57,729 nucleotides of DNA from a virus (Duplodnaviria; Caudoviricetes): the IMG/VR virus record IMGVR_UViG_3300008261_000142, positions 1 to 57,729 of that record; one strand, written 5' to 3'. The notes under the pieces are model-generated. The model was not told the origin of the DNA. It saw only the letters and a program-made list of their open reading frames with translations, and did no database searches. The translations under genes and the position numbers were made by a program. This document shows, piece by piece, positions 1 through 9,446 of this stretch (the stretch's first letter is position 1; every line of letters starts with the position of its first letter).

Positions 1-114
1 TTTTGTATTCCGGAAATCGAAGCCTCGATTTTCGGAATGTACCAGGTTTGTAACATTTCTGTCATTCCGGAAATCGATGCTTCGATTTTCGAAATGTACC
101 AGGTTTGTAACATT
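1..114. repeat. terminal direct repeat (circular assembly overlap), left copy
   Basis: 1-114 is identical to 57616-57729. Confidence 0.95.
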
Positions 115-157
115 TCTGTCATTCCGGAAATCGATGCTTCGATTCTCGGAAAACCAG
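1..157. repeat. ~57-bp tandem repeat (3 copies across the circular junction), each with an internal hairpin
   Basis: Unit TTTGTAACATTT..TTCCGGAAATCGA-N4-TCGATTTTCG(G)AA..ACCAGG starts at 57606, 47 and 104. Confidence 0.85.
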
Positions 158-260
158 GCGTTAGCCTAACTTTCACCTAATACGGTGCAGCCGAACCAGG
201 TTCGGTCGGAGCGTATCGGGAAATTTTGCGTACGTCATCGGATGACGTACACCGTCGCGC

Positions 261-330
261 GCTTGCGTTCGCTTGCGTTCGCTTGCGTTCGCTTGCGTTC
301 GCTTGCGTTCGCTTGCGTTCGCTTGCGTTC
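261..330. repeat. 10-bp tandem repeat GCTTGCGTTC x7
   Basis: Seven perfect copies followed by a degenerate one. Confidence 0.95.
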
Positions 331-467
331 GCTTGTGTCGCGCGCTTGTGCTCCCTTAGTGCACGAATGTAGATAGCCGGGCTTCACTTTCTTCACTTTT
401 TGTGCGATGATTCCCTCGTCGGCTGGCGCATCCCGCGCCGGCCTCCGCCTCAAGGAAGCACCTAACG

Positions 468-1430
468 ATGTCTATCTCGAATCCGATCTCTCCCGCGATG
501 CGCGCGCGCTTGCGCTCGCTTCGCATCGCCGAGACCGCCCGCTTGCGCTCGCTCGCTGGCGTCGCCCGATTCATCCCCGCCGAGGGGAATACGGTAGGAC
601 CGCAAAACGACGTCAAGGGCGCCGTGGCCGCCGGAACGTGGACGGCGTCGCGGCCCGACGAAGCATGGCTCGCCATGCCCACCGACCTTCATGCGGCGGC
701 AATGCTTCACGCGCTTCGTCATGCCGCGCGGGGGCGCATCGTCGGCATTCTGGGGCGCAAGGGATCGCCAACGGTCGACGTCGCGCTTCCCGATCCTCAC
801 TTCGTGGAAGACCGCGAAGCGGCTGCCGATGCCGTGGCGTTCGTCTGGCGAGCAATGCAGATGGGCAAAGTGAAGGGCAACCCGTTGCCCTTCCTTTGCG
901 GCGTCGCACGAAGAATGGGCAAGCGGCGCGAACAGCATCGGATCCGTGAGCGAAGCAACATCACCGAGGGTGCAACGGACCGCACCGTTCCGGACGATTG
1001 TCTCGCCTTGAGCGACGCGGAACTGGCGACGCGAACGGAAGGCACCCTTCGTGCTTCTTTCGGCCATCGTTTCGTGCGCGCCGCGAGCGCAAGCGAACGG
1101 AAGCGCGCGGCGAAGGAAGCGCAAACCCGATGGCGTCGCCGTTCGATCGATCCGGCGGAGCTGGAACGCTTGCGCGAAGTGAACGCTCGCGCCGATGCAA
1201 CGGATGAGCCGTGGGGCCTGGCCGTGCACAATCCATGCCACAAGAAAAAAAGAAAAAAAAAGCGCAACAAACGTGTCGCATCGGGACCGCTACGTCGGCA
1301 CCGGACGCCCTGGCCAACTCTGGCACCTCACTATAAACCCCAACTTTTCCGCCCAGGCAAAAATAACCTACCAAAAAAGAGACTTGATTTTTGCCCCCAG
1401 GCCCTTTACGAAGGGCAAAAATACTCATGA
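468..1430 (+). CDS. hypothetical protein
   Basis: 320-aa ORF; its stop overlaps the next ATG (ATGA); weak ECF-sigma region-2-like segment. Confidence 0.45.
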   Translation: MSISNPISPAMRARLRSLRIAETARLRSLAGVARFIPAEGNTVGPQNDVKGAVAAGTWTASRPDEAWLAMPTDLHAAAMLHALRHAARGRIVGILGRKGSPTVDVALPDPHFVEDREAAADAVAFVWRAMQMGKVKGNPLPFLCGVARRMGKRREQHRIRERSNITEGATDRTVPDDCLALSDAELATRTEGTLRASFGHRFVRAASASERKRAAKEAQTRWRRRSIDPAELERLREVNARADATDEPWGLAVHNPCHKKKRKKKRNKRVASGPLRRHRTPWPTLAPHYKPQLFRPGKNNLPKKRLDFCPQALYEGQKYS

Positions 1431-1972
1431 AGATCCGAAAGCTCGCCAAGTACAACCCCGTGGTCCGCATCAACGGCATCTACCTTGATGGCACCGAACG
1501 CGAACTCCGCCGATGTGGGATGCTGCCCGACCTCTTCTCTGACCGGGACGGCAACCTCTACCGACTCTCCCGCGTGCGCCCAAGCAGCCTTGGAGGCCAC
1601 CCGGTCATCAAGTACCGAGGCAACAGCGTCATGGTGCGGCACCTCGTCATGGATGCCTGGAGCCCCGGCTGGGAAGAGGAAGGCAGCCTCGTGACACCGG
1701 TCAACGGCAACGAATTCGAGACCGGCTTCGACAACCTCGAGATCATCGACAAGGGCCGCGGTCGGCCTCGCAGCAACATGGCGATGAAGCAACTCATGGC
1801 AGTCGAGTTGATCCAGATGACCCAGGGCGATATCGAAGCTGTATGCGAAGAGCTCAGCGTCCCGCCCCTCTTCGTCGAGAAGGCAATCAAGGCATGGGCT
1901 CCTTGGCTATTGGAAGACCAGAACAGCCGCTTCAACCGACTTCCGGTTGACGTGGAAACGGAAGATGACTAG
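1427..1972 (+). CDS. degenerate NUMOD4/HNH-like DNA-binding protein with AT-hook
   Basis: FSDRDGNLY..VRHLVMDAW..VTPVNGN..DNLE resembles phage HNH proteins; GRPR; C-terminal HTH-like segment. Confidence 0.55.
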   Translation: MKIRKLAKYNPVVRINGIYLDGTERELRRCGMLPDLFSDRDGNLYRLSRVRPSSLGGHPVIKYRGNSVMVRHLVMDAWSPGWEEEGSLVTPVNGNEFETGFDNLEIIDKGRGRPRSNMAMKQLMAVELIQMTQGDIEAVCEELSVPPLFVEKAIKAWAPWLLEDQNSRFNRLPVDVETEDD

Positions 1973-1981
1973 CATCCTGAT

Positions 1982-2302
1982 ATGCGTCACATTCTTTCTC
2001 TGGCACTTTTGGCTGCTCTTCCGGCTTGCTTCTGCTCTCCTCAACAGGTGGAGCCCGCTGCTCGCAGCGCAGCCGAGCTCCGCGTCCTGTTTGATCGTGA
2101 GCAGGCGGTCAACCGCGCTCTGGTCGAGGCCAGCAACCCGCAGCCCGCGACGCTGCAGGTCTACATCGCTGCCCAGGGCGAAACGAAGCAGGCGTTCATG
2201 GCGGTCTTCAACGCCCACCTCGCCCACCTCGCCAGCCTCGGTCAGGTCTCGCCGGAGTCGATCACCAAGATCATTGACGCGGCTGCGCCGCTGGTGAAGT
2301 GA
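1982..2302 (+). CDS. putative lipoprotein
   Basis: Signal peptide with lipobox-like LPAC. Confidence 0.55.
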   Translation: MRHILSLALLAALPACFCSPQQVEPAARSAAELRVLFDREQAVNRALVEASNPQPATLQVYIAAQGETKQAFMAVFNAHLAHLASLGQVSPESITKIIDAAAPLVK

Positions 2303-2502
2303 TGGACATCCAACTCGATCTCAGCAACGTCTCGCCAGAAGCGTTCATCGCCAAGCTACCGAAGCTCGATAAGGAGCGAATCGAGCTTTTGGTGGCTGAG
2401 CTGGAAGCCATCACGAAGGCCAACATCGACACCGCCGCCAAGTGGAACTCCTTCCTAACGCTGCTGCACACCGCCCTCGTCGTAGCAAGCAAGACGGCTT
2501 GA
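2299..2502 (+). CDS. hypothetical protein
   Basis: GTGA and TTGA overlaps with both neighbours. Confidence 0.6.
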   Translation: MMDIQLDLSNVSPEAFIAKLPKLDKERIELLVAELEAITKANIDTAAKWNSFLTLLHTALVVASKTA

Positions 2503-3281
2503 TCCTCGATGCCGATGACCCAGACTTCCTGGGTCATCGGTTCCTTCGAGCCGCCTACCGCACGACCCGAGCCCTGCTCATTTGCAAGGAGCTCCTCAAC
2601 CCCGGCCAAAGCCTCCACGAGGCGGTCTTGAGCCGAGTAGACGGCGACGTTTTGGCTACTCGAGCCCGGATCTCGTCGGCTTCGGTGTTCTCGGACATCT
2701 CAAGCGAAGCAGGCATCCTCCCAACCGCCCCGCAAGACGACTCATCGCCCGAAGAGGTCGAAAAGATCGCTACCAGCCACGGGTACGCTGCCATCGAACT
2801 CGGCTACGAGCCCGAGGATCCCTGCCTGCACTGGTTCAAGGCAGACCAGATCCAAGAGTTCTTCCCATCTACCCAAGCCCTCATCGAGTTTGAGGTAGAG
2901 CTGATCGAAGCGGCAGGAAAGAGCCTAGTCCGAGACGGGAGAATCGCAGCGGCTCAGCGCATCAAAAACGCCCTAGGAACCCCCTCGGTCATGGAGCGGA
3001 AGGACTGGACCGCCCTGCCGGCTTCCTACCTCAGGGACTACAGCAGCCTGCCTACAGAAGACGACCGAGCCCTAATGCTCGCCAGACTCGAGCGAATCGC
3101 CGCCAAAGCCCGCGAAAGCCTAGATATCCGAACAGAACTGTCCGCCATGAATGCCATGGCTAGGGTCCAAGGCCTCACCTTTGCAGACGACACCAAATCA
3201 CAGCGCGAACTGGTCTTGCTTCTTGGAAACCGGGGCGGGAGGCCCGATGCCCCCATCCCAAAACTGCCCCCGGCAAGCTAA
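2499..3281 (+). CDS. putative terminase small subunit
   Basis: Upstream of TerL; C-terminal RLERIAAKARESLDIRTELSAMNAMARVQGL resembles TerS helices; TTG start inferred from the overlap. Confidence 0.45.
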   Translation: MILDADDPDFLGHRFLRAAYRTTRALLICKELLNPGQSLHEAVLSRVDGDVLATRARISSASVFSDISSEAGILPTAPQDDSSPEEVEKIATSHGYAAIELGYEPEDPCLHWFKADQIQEFFPSTQALIEFEVELIEAAGKSLVRDGRIAAAQRIKNALGTPSVMERKDWTALPASYLRDYSSLPTEDDRALMLARLERIAAKARESLDIRTELSAMNAMARVQGLTFADDTKSQRELVLLLGNRGGRPDAPIPKLPPAS

Positions 3282-3297
3282 GATACCGCCTACGCAC

Positions 3298-3582
3298 ATG
3301 GTCATATGCTCAGCGGTCCTTAGTTCCTCAGCCCTTTTGGGCATGCTCGGCTACGGTGCTCTCATGCTCGGACAAGAAAGCACTGCTCAAGACTGGACCG
3401 TCCTCGGCATCCTAGGTGCCGTGGTGGTAGGGATCGGCAGCCGAATGGTGGTTGCGGTAGAGAAGAATACCCAGACCCTAGCTGACGTGACAAGTTCTTT
3501 GAAGTTGTTGCTTCACGCCCACTCTTCCCACAAGGAAGAACTTCGAGATGCGGTCGAACGCATCCCCTGCCATAAGAAGTGA
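3298..3582 (+). CDS. holin-like membrane protein
   Basis: Small, two hydrophobic segments, charged C-terminus. Confidence 0.45.
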   Translation: MVICSAVLSSSALLGMLGYGALMLGQESTAQDWTVLGILGAVVVGIGSRMVVAVEKNTQTLADVTSSLKLLLHAHSSHKEELRDAVERIPCHKK

Positions 3583-4979
3583 AGCAGTTCTATCGCGACC
3601 TCGATCGAAGCCTCAGCGACATCCACAAGTTCGCTAGAGACATCCTCCGCTTCAAGCCCACGGATCAGCAGGCTCAGCTGTTCGACCTGATCCAGTTCGA
3701 GACCTTCGCACCCCAAGCAGACCGCAAGAAGGGCATCTGCGTCAAATCGGGCCAAGGCCCAGGCAAGACCTCTGCAGCAACCGTAGCTGCACTCTTCCGG
3801 CTCATGCAGACGCCTGGCCGGCTCGTGCTGGTCACCTCCCCAACCCGCCGGCAGGTCGAAGACATCTGGGTAGCCGAGCTCCAACGCCGCGTCAGCCAAG
3901 CACCGCCAGAGTTCCAGACGCTGCTGGATGTCCAGAAGCAGAAGATCCGCGTCGCCGGCTTCAATAAGTGGGAAATCGTGACCGCAACGTCGGTCAAGCC
4001 CGAGAACGTCCAGGGCTACCACGAGGCGGGCATGACCGTCATCGTCGACGAGGCATCCGGCATCGAACGCAAGATCTGGGGAACGCTCAAGGGCACCATC
4101 ACCGGCCCAGACAACCTCCTTGTCGCCATCGGCAACCCGAACGACCGCGACACGGAGTTCTTCGACATGTTCAACAAGGACAAGCACCTCTACCACCGCT
4201 TGACTTGGAACGCCGAAGACAGCCCGAACGTCGATCGCCGCCACATCGATCGCATGGCAGCCGAGTACGGTCGCGACAGCGACGTGTTCCGCGTGCGCGT
4301 GCTCGGTGAGTTTCCTCGAGAGAGCCCGAACGTCGTCATCCGCTACGAGGACCTGCTCTACGCTTGCCGCGAGAAGCCGTTCCTCCAAGCCTTCCAAGAG
4401 CTGGCACCGTACGACAACGGCCAGCGAAAGCAGATCGGCATCGACTTGGCCCGCTTCGGTGGCGACGAGTCGGTTGTCGTGGCGCGCTACAACTGCGCGA
4501 TGGTCGGCAAGCTGCAGTTCAGCAAGCGAGAGCCGTCAGACGTAGTAGAGGCGGCTTTCCGCTACCAGAGAGAGCTCGGCTGGGACGACGCCTCGACGGT
4601 GTACTGCGTCGACGCTGGAGGCATGGGTCAAGGCGTCCTGCACATGTTTTATGAGCAGGGAAAGCGAGTCTTTGAGTTTCACTCAAACGGCAAGAGCTTT
4701 GAGCCTCGTGTCTACAACGACGCGATCACCGAAGCGTACTTCCATCTTCGCCTGCTCACGCGCGAGCGTCGCCTGCACCTGAAGGAGGACATGAACTCCT
4801 TCCAACAGCTGGTCAGCCGGCAGTATCGCTATGATCAGGGGCTCTTTCGGCTAGAATCGAAGGACGAGTTCCTTAGGCGTGTTGGAACCGAGGAATTCAC
4901 CAGCCCAGATCGAGCAGACGCTACCGCCCTAGCTTTTTACCCCTACGCCAACGCCGGAATGAGCTCGGTGACTGCATGA
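3579..4979 (+). CDS. terL: terminase large subunit
   Basis: Walker A KSGQGPGKTS, Walker B IVDEA, GNP coupling motif, nuclease GIDLARFGGD and SPDRADA. Confidence 0.95.
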   Translation: MKQFYRDLDRSLSDIHKFARDILRFKPTDQQAQLFDLIQFETFAPQADRKKGICVKSGQGPGKTSAATVAALFRLMQTPGRLVLVTSPTRRQVEDIWVAELQRRVSQAPPEFQTLLDVQKQKIRVAGFNKWEIVTATSVKPENVQGYHEAGMTVIVDEASGIERKIWGTLKGTITGPDNLLVAIGNPNDRDTEFFDMFNKDKHLYHRLTWNAEDSPNVDRRHIDRMAAEYGRDSDVFRVRVLGEFPRESPNVVIRYEDLLYACREKPFLQAFQELAPYDNGQRKQIGIDLARFGGDESVVVARYNCAMVGKLQFSKREPSDVVEAAFRYQRELGWDDASTVYCVDAGGMGQGVLHMFYEQGKRVFEFHSNGKSFEPRVYNDAITEAYFHLRLLTRERRLHLKEDMNSFQQLVSRQYRYDQGLFRLESKDEFLRRVGTEEFTSPDRADATALAFYPYANAGMSSVTA

Positions 4980-5203
4980 AGTGTCCTAACTGCCCCGAAG
5001 AGCACATGTGCGTCACGCATGTCTACTCTGCCGGCGATCGTGCTGAGTCCCGAAACCTGCGTTGCCCGACCTGCGGCTTCAAGTCCAGCTCGATTACCTT
5101 CCTGATCGAGCGACCCCAGGGGCGGAAGTACGGCCTTGGAGGCCAGGCACTCGCCAGCAAGATCCTCTCAGGCAAGATCCAGAAGCCTAATCTGCCCAGT
5201 TAG
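4976..5203 (+). CDS. Zn-ribbon protein (Ogr/Delta-like transcription regulator)
   Basis: MKCPNC...RNLRCPTCGF. Confidence 0.6.
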   Translation: MKCPNCPEEHMCVTHVYSAGDRAESRNLRCPTCGFKSSSITFLIERPQGRKYGLGGQALASKILSGKIQKPNLPS

Positions 5204-5624
5204 CATCCTCGTAGATGCTTTTGAACTGTGACTGGTCGATAAGTTCCCTTTTTCGACACCGTCTTCCGTATCTGGCAATTTCGATGCATTCGAGGATTTC
5301 TCCTCGAATAGACCACCTAGCCAGAGTCGAAAAATTGAGCTTTTTTGACTCTGAAAAGCTCAAACAGGCCCTCCAGAGGCCCTTATAGCCTGCCTGAAAC
5401 AGGTCTTCCGGCTCAATTCCAGCCGCTCTGGCACGCCAAATTCCGAGTTTTTTGACCCAAGTAGGTACCAATCTTCGATACTTTTCGAAGAGTTCGTAGT
5501 GACTTTCTTTGGGTATTTTGAGTGCTTTTTTGGCTTCTTTTAAGCACTTTCCGCACCAAAGCTGGGCATTTTTAGGCGTTCCGTGCCTAAAATTCGCCCC
5601 GCAGGAGGTGCATCGAGGTTTCAC
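5187..5624 (-). CDS. Zn-finger + sigma-70 region 2 protein
   Basis: CTSC..CGKC then EDLFQAGYKGLWRACLSFSESKKLNFSTLARWSIRGEI; GTG start inferred from the GTGA overlap. Confidence 0.75.
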   Translation of the reverse strand: MKPRCTSCGANFRHGTPKNAQLWCGKCLKEAKKALKIPKESHYELFEKYRRLVPTWVKKLGIWRARAAGIEPEDLFQAGYKGLWRACLSFSESKKLNFSTLARWSIRGEILECIEIARYGRRCRKRELIDQSQFKSIYEDANWAD

Positions 5625-5860
5625 GGCACCAGAGAGACCTCTTTCCAAGCCCCGCCCTGGCTGAACCAGAGCTTCGCGGGGCTCACGGTGGCGACGATGC
5701 ACCGGTCGTAGCTGCCTGCGGCTGGCAGAGCCGCTACGTCGGCAACCTCATGCACTGGAAACGGTGCCTTGAGAGCGGCGTTTAGCAGATCTCGAAGCAG
5801 GGCATCCCACGCTTCGAGCTTGTTGACCAAAAGAGACGGGTTGGGGTTAGGACGGCTCAT
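5621..5860 (-). CDS. small tail-associated hypothetical protein
   Basis: Coupled to the tail tip gene. Confidence 0.6.
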   Translation of the reverse strand: MSRPNPNPSLLVNKLEAWDALLRDLLNAALKAPFPVHEVADVAALPAAGSYDRCIVATVSPAKLWFSQGGAWKEVSLVP

Positions 5861-8800
5861 ACTGGGTACAGAGTAAGCGAAGCCTTTTCAGAAGTATAGG
5901 CTCCCTTGACGTGTGTCACTTCGATGATCCACGAACTCATCGTCTCAAGTCCAAGGTCTCCGCGATAGAGATCAGACATCACCACTTCGTTCTCTTCAGT
6001 GGTGAACACGGAGATCTTGTTGAGGGTTGTGCCGTTGATCAGGGTGACTTGGAAGTACCCTTGGACACCGCTGGTGCCTACTGCGTTCCCGAGAGGCTGC
6101 ATGCCGAGCCCCGTGTTCGGGAACTCGTTGCTCTCGTAGCACCAAACGATCTTGAGCTGGCCCCCGTAGGACGGGTAGCTTGTCTTGAACGTCTCGAGGC
6201 GCAGCCCTCCCGGCTTCATGGGAGTGAAAGCCTTGGCAGAGATCGTCGTTGTCTTGGCGTCGATCGCAGTGATGTCCGAGCTTCGAAGCATCGAACCTGC
6301 CTGTCCCTTGTAGTAGACCTGTACGCCGGCTGCGTAGATGAGCGATTTGGTCCCCGTGAGCCGGTAGTAGGGCACCACGTAGAACGGCGTTCCTACAGGG
6401 TACGAGGCGGGAGAGGTGCCAAAGCGGCCTCGGATCATTCCGACCAGCTCGTCAGGGTACCCGTTCTTCAAGAAGATGATCTCGTTGCCGATCAGCAACA
6501 GCTGGCGACCAGAACGCCATGCAGCGGCATCCAGAGTGAGGTCCTCGATGACAGCTAGGTCGGGTTGGTAGTCAGCCAGGATGCTGACCGGCTGTTCGTA
6601 GATCATCTCCGTAGTAGCAGGCAGCTCCTCGGCGAGCGTCCCTCGCACAGCGAGGATGCCATCGCCGAGGAAGCTGTAGGCGGTTCCGTCCCTCGAACCC
6701 CAGATAGCCGATTTGACAATCTTGGAACTGGGTCGCGAGGTCAGGAAGGCCACAGAGATCTCCGAGCCAAACGGAATCTCGAAGGCTTGGAAGTCCAGCA
6801 AAGCAGGCACGATCTCCGTAGAGCTCGGGGACGTTACCGGGAGGTCGTCCAGGCCTGGCGTGCTGTCCGTAAACTCGAGGAGAGGCGGGTTGTAGGTATC
6901 GACCATGGCCTCGATCTCGATCTTGCTCGAGTTGACGAAGCGACGGACGTTCATGATCAGGAACTGAAGGCCCTCGCCCTCGAATTCGCTGACCTTGAAA
7001 CGAGAACCCGGCACGGCCATCTGGCAGCCGTGGTTCATTTCGAAGTTGAAGCTGGAGAGGTTGGTGAGCCCTTCCTGCTGCCGGCGAGGGGCAATTCGAG
7101 AAATCGAGTCTCGGTCCTTGGTGATCTCGATCGGGACTTTCTGAGCCCTCTGAGTCTCGTACTCGGAGATCTGTCCGCTGTCGATCACCTTGATCGGCAC
7201 CTCTCGGTAGTTGCGATCACGGTCCTTGTAGGTGAACGCGACAACGTCGATCGGGCGGTCGCCCTGGACTGCCGTCATCGACGGTTCTTTGAGTACCAAG
7301 TCCTTGGGGATATCGAGGCCGGTTGCCTCGTATCGGATCAGTCGGAACACGTACTTTCCGACCGACACATCCCAAGCGATCATCAAGCCGGCGTCTTGGA
7401 GGATGGGGGAGAGTGCGCTCTCCAAGCCCTCGCCATCGAAGATGGCAATGCTGCCTCGAATCTTTTCCTTCTGCATCTGCTCTGCAGCTGCTTCGATCGA
7501 TCTGGTGTCGAACTTGCTGCGGTCGCGACCTGCTCCGTACGGGAACTTGGCGAACAGCAGCTGATCAATCATGTGGATTGGATTGACACCGTCGGTGCCC
7601 GTAGTGCTGCAGGGGCTTACGTAGCAAAAAATGCTGGGAGACGTTATTGCTCCAGAAACTCCCGGAGATCTCAGTACAGGGATACTGATATTTGAGTATG
7701 TTTGCTTGATATATTCGTCCAAAACCTCAGGCCCCAAAAATACTTCTAGGCATCCGCGAGTAGAAAGCGTACCAGCACTGGTTTGATTTTGCGTAAACGA
7801 AGTGGAGCTGTCCTGCACTGCTTTAGCAATCCAAAAATACTTCCATACATTGTTTTGATAAAATAGCCCAGGAAGGCGTGTATAGTCTAGGCAGTAGATT
7901 CCAATGATGCCTCCAGCAAAAATAATCTGATTTAAAGCTTCAATTCTTTGATTTGTGGGTGTTGGAAGTATGTCTGACCAAAGAACTCGAGTGTTGCTAG
8001 CAGGAGCACCCTGGCCGGTGTCCATGCAAAGTCTGTCTAGGACAGTTAACTTTCTTTCTAACTGTGTGTAAGAATAGGCCGACAAAATCATGGCACTATC
8101 ATCGCTGCCAGTCCAAGAACTTACAGGCCCAAAATTGCCTCCATATAGATTTCCGGCAAATATAAACCCGTTATGCAAATAGCCTTTTCTAGAGATTGGA
8201 GAATTGTTAATAGTGTCGTCGTACCATTCTTTATAAGAGGGCTTAGACTTATCTCCAACTAGAGGCGTCTCGAACGCCGATGAGGTGATCTCGCTGTAGC
8301 AAGGACATGTCACCTCGTATTCGAGACGAGGCCAATTTCGAGACTGTCCAAGATTCTTGTCTTCCCAGACAATCTTTGTTGCTAGCGGAAAACGGGTATC
8401 GACCGGCAGGCCAGAGATCACTGGGTCGTCTCTGAATCCCCAGTAGATGCGGAACGTTCCCTCAGACTGGCTGCTTCCTTGAGCGTTCTGAAGCGTGATT
8501 GAAGATCCCGAAGGGTGGCTGCCTGGCGAGATGTCGCCGCTCCAGATCAACTCGCCGTTCTGCCAGATGGCCGATAGCTTTGATGCAGGGCCTACGCAGA
8601 GAGCATGCACAGCACGCTCCCAGATCTGAGGCGGCTCGGGAACACCGCCTCCGCCCTTTCCCAGCTCAGGTGGGGTGTCTACCCCACCCCCAAGATCGGT
8701 GAATGCGGTGGCGTCCTCGACCCACAGAAACACGGGACCCACACGCTCACGACCGATGACCAGAGGGATGTAGGCCCCCATGGTCGCGCTAGAGCCCAAG

Positions 8801-8922
8801 AAGTCATCTAGCGGAGCCGCCTTCGGCTTCTTCATCGACAGCAGCGTGCCCGCTGTCAGCAGAAGGGAGGCGATGGCGAGGTAGAGAGCGATTTCACCGC
8901 CGGTAGCTAGCATGGCTTCCAA
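5857..8922 (-). CDS. tail tip / host-specificity protein (GTA-like, Phage-tail_3 type)
   Basis: GAYIPLVIGR, NPIHMI, LLIGNEII..RGRFGT motifs; follows NlpC/P60 and hub genes. Confidence 0.85.
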   Translation of the reverse strand: MEAMLATGGEIALYLAIASLLLTAGTLLSMKKPKAAPLDDFLGSSATMGAYIPLVIGRERVGPVFLWVEDATAFTDLGGGVDTPPELGKGGGGVPEPPQIWERAVHALCVGPASKLSAIWQNGELIWSGDISPGSHPSGSSITLQNAQGSSQSEGTFRIYWGFRDDPVISGLPVDTRFPLATKIVWEDKNLGQSRNWPRLEYEVTCPCYSEITSSAFETPLVGDKSKPSYKEWYDDTINNSPISRKGYLHNGFIFAGNLYGGNFGPVSSWTGSDDSAMILSAYSYTQLERKLTVLDRLCMDTGQGAPASNTRVLWSDILPTPTNQRIEALNQIIFAGGIIGIYCLDYTRLPGLFYQNNVWKYFWIAKAVQDSSTSFTQNQTSAGTLSTRGCLEVFLGPEVLDEYIKQTYSNISIPVLRSPGVSGAITSPSIFCYVSPCSTTGTDGVNPIHMIDQLLFAKFPYGAGRDRSKFDTRSIEAAAEQMQKEKIRGSIAIFDGEGLESALSPILQDAGLMIAWDVSVGKYVFRLIRYEATGLDIPKDLVLKEPSMTAVQGDRPIDVVAFTYKDRDRNYREVPIKVIDSGQISEYETQRAQKVPIEITKDRDSISRIAPRRQQEGLTNLSSFNFEMNHGCQMAVPGSRFKVSEFEGEGLQFLIMNVRRFVNSSKIEIEAMVDTYNPPLLEFTDSTPGLDDLPVTSPSSTEIVPALLDFQAFEIPFGSEISVAFLTSRPSSKIVKSAIWGSRDGTAYSFLGDGILAVRGTLAEELPATTEMIYEQPVSILADYQPDLAVIEDLTLDAAAWRSGRQLLLIGNEIIFLKNGYPDELVGMIRGRFGTSPASYPVGTPFYVVPYYRLTGTKSLIYAAGVQVYYKGQAGSMLRSSDITAIDAKTTTISAKAFTPMKPGGLRLETFKTSYPSYGGQLKIVWCYESNEFPNTGLGMQPLGNAVGTSGVQGYFQVTLINGTTLNKISVFTTEENEVVMSDLYRGDLGLETMSSWIIEVTHVKGAYTSEKASLTLYPV

Positions 8923-9446
8923 AGCTCCTTTTTAAAGGAGCGGTAAATGCCTACAAGAACTTGAGACTGTGTGATGCCGTAACCCGTGTAGCATACTCTT
9001 GGTGAAGAGGCGTGCCAAAGCCTTCCTTGCGAGCCGGCAACCATCAAGTGGGATGCAGTAGCAGTCGAGCGGGGTCCCGTGATCACCAGGTCGCCGGCCT
9101 GAAGGCAGTCTCCGTGGTACCGTTCCATGCCAGGGAAGTAGGTCATGAGGGCTCGAACTGCGGCAGCCACGCCCTCTCGGTTGTGGACGCAGGCGTCCGG
9201 AGCAAGACTCTTCAAGCTGGCAGAGATGGAGCTGCCGTAGAGGTCGTCCAGTACAGCAGCGGCGAAGTGCAGGCAGTCGACGCCGATGCCCTTGAAGTGC
9301 TTACCATGCCGGTAAGGGGTGCCTTCCCACGAAGCGCAGGATCGCTCGACGGTCTCGTCCCAAGCTGTCTCTTGAAACGACAGCTGAAGGTTCTGCGTCC
9401 GATTAACCACGAATTTCCAGAGTCGGGTTATAGGCAGGAATTCCAA
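8907..9446 (-). CDS. NlpC/P60 tail-associated peptidase
   Basis: WEGTPYRH..GVDCLHF..AGDLV..SH..WHA; start uncertain. Confidence 0.9.
   Translation of the reverse strand: MEFLPITRLWKFVVNRTQNLQLSFQETAWDETVERSCASWEGTPYRHGKHFKGIGVDCLHFAAAVLDDLYGSSISASLKSLAPDACVHNREGVAAAVRALMTYFPGMERYHGDCLQAGDLVITGPRSTATASHLMVAGSQGRLWHASSPRVCYTGYGITQSQVLVGIYRSFKKELWKPC

Noticed and set aside
1-157. CRISPR array
   Set aside because: The repeats are contiguous with no unique spacers, and there is no cas operon
185-453. Short ORFs with RLRSLAFACV/ASERKR repeats
   Set aside because: Translation artefacts of the decamer repeat
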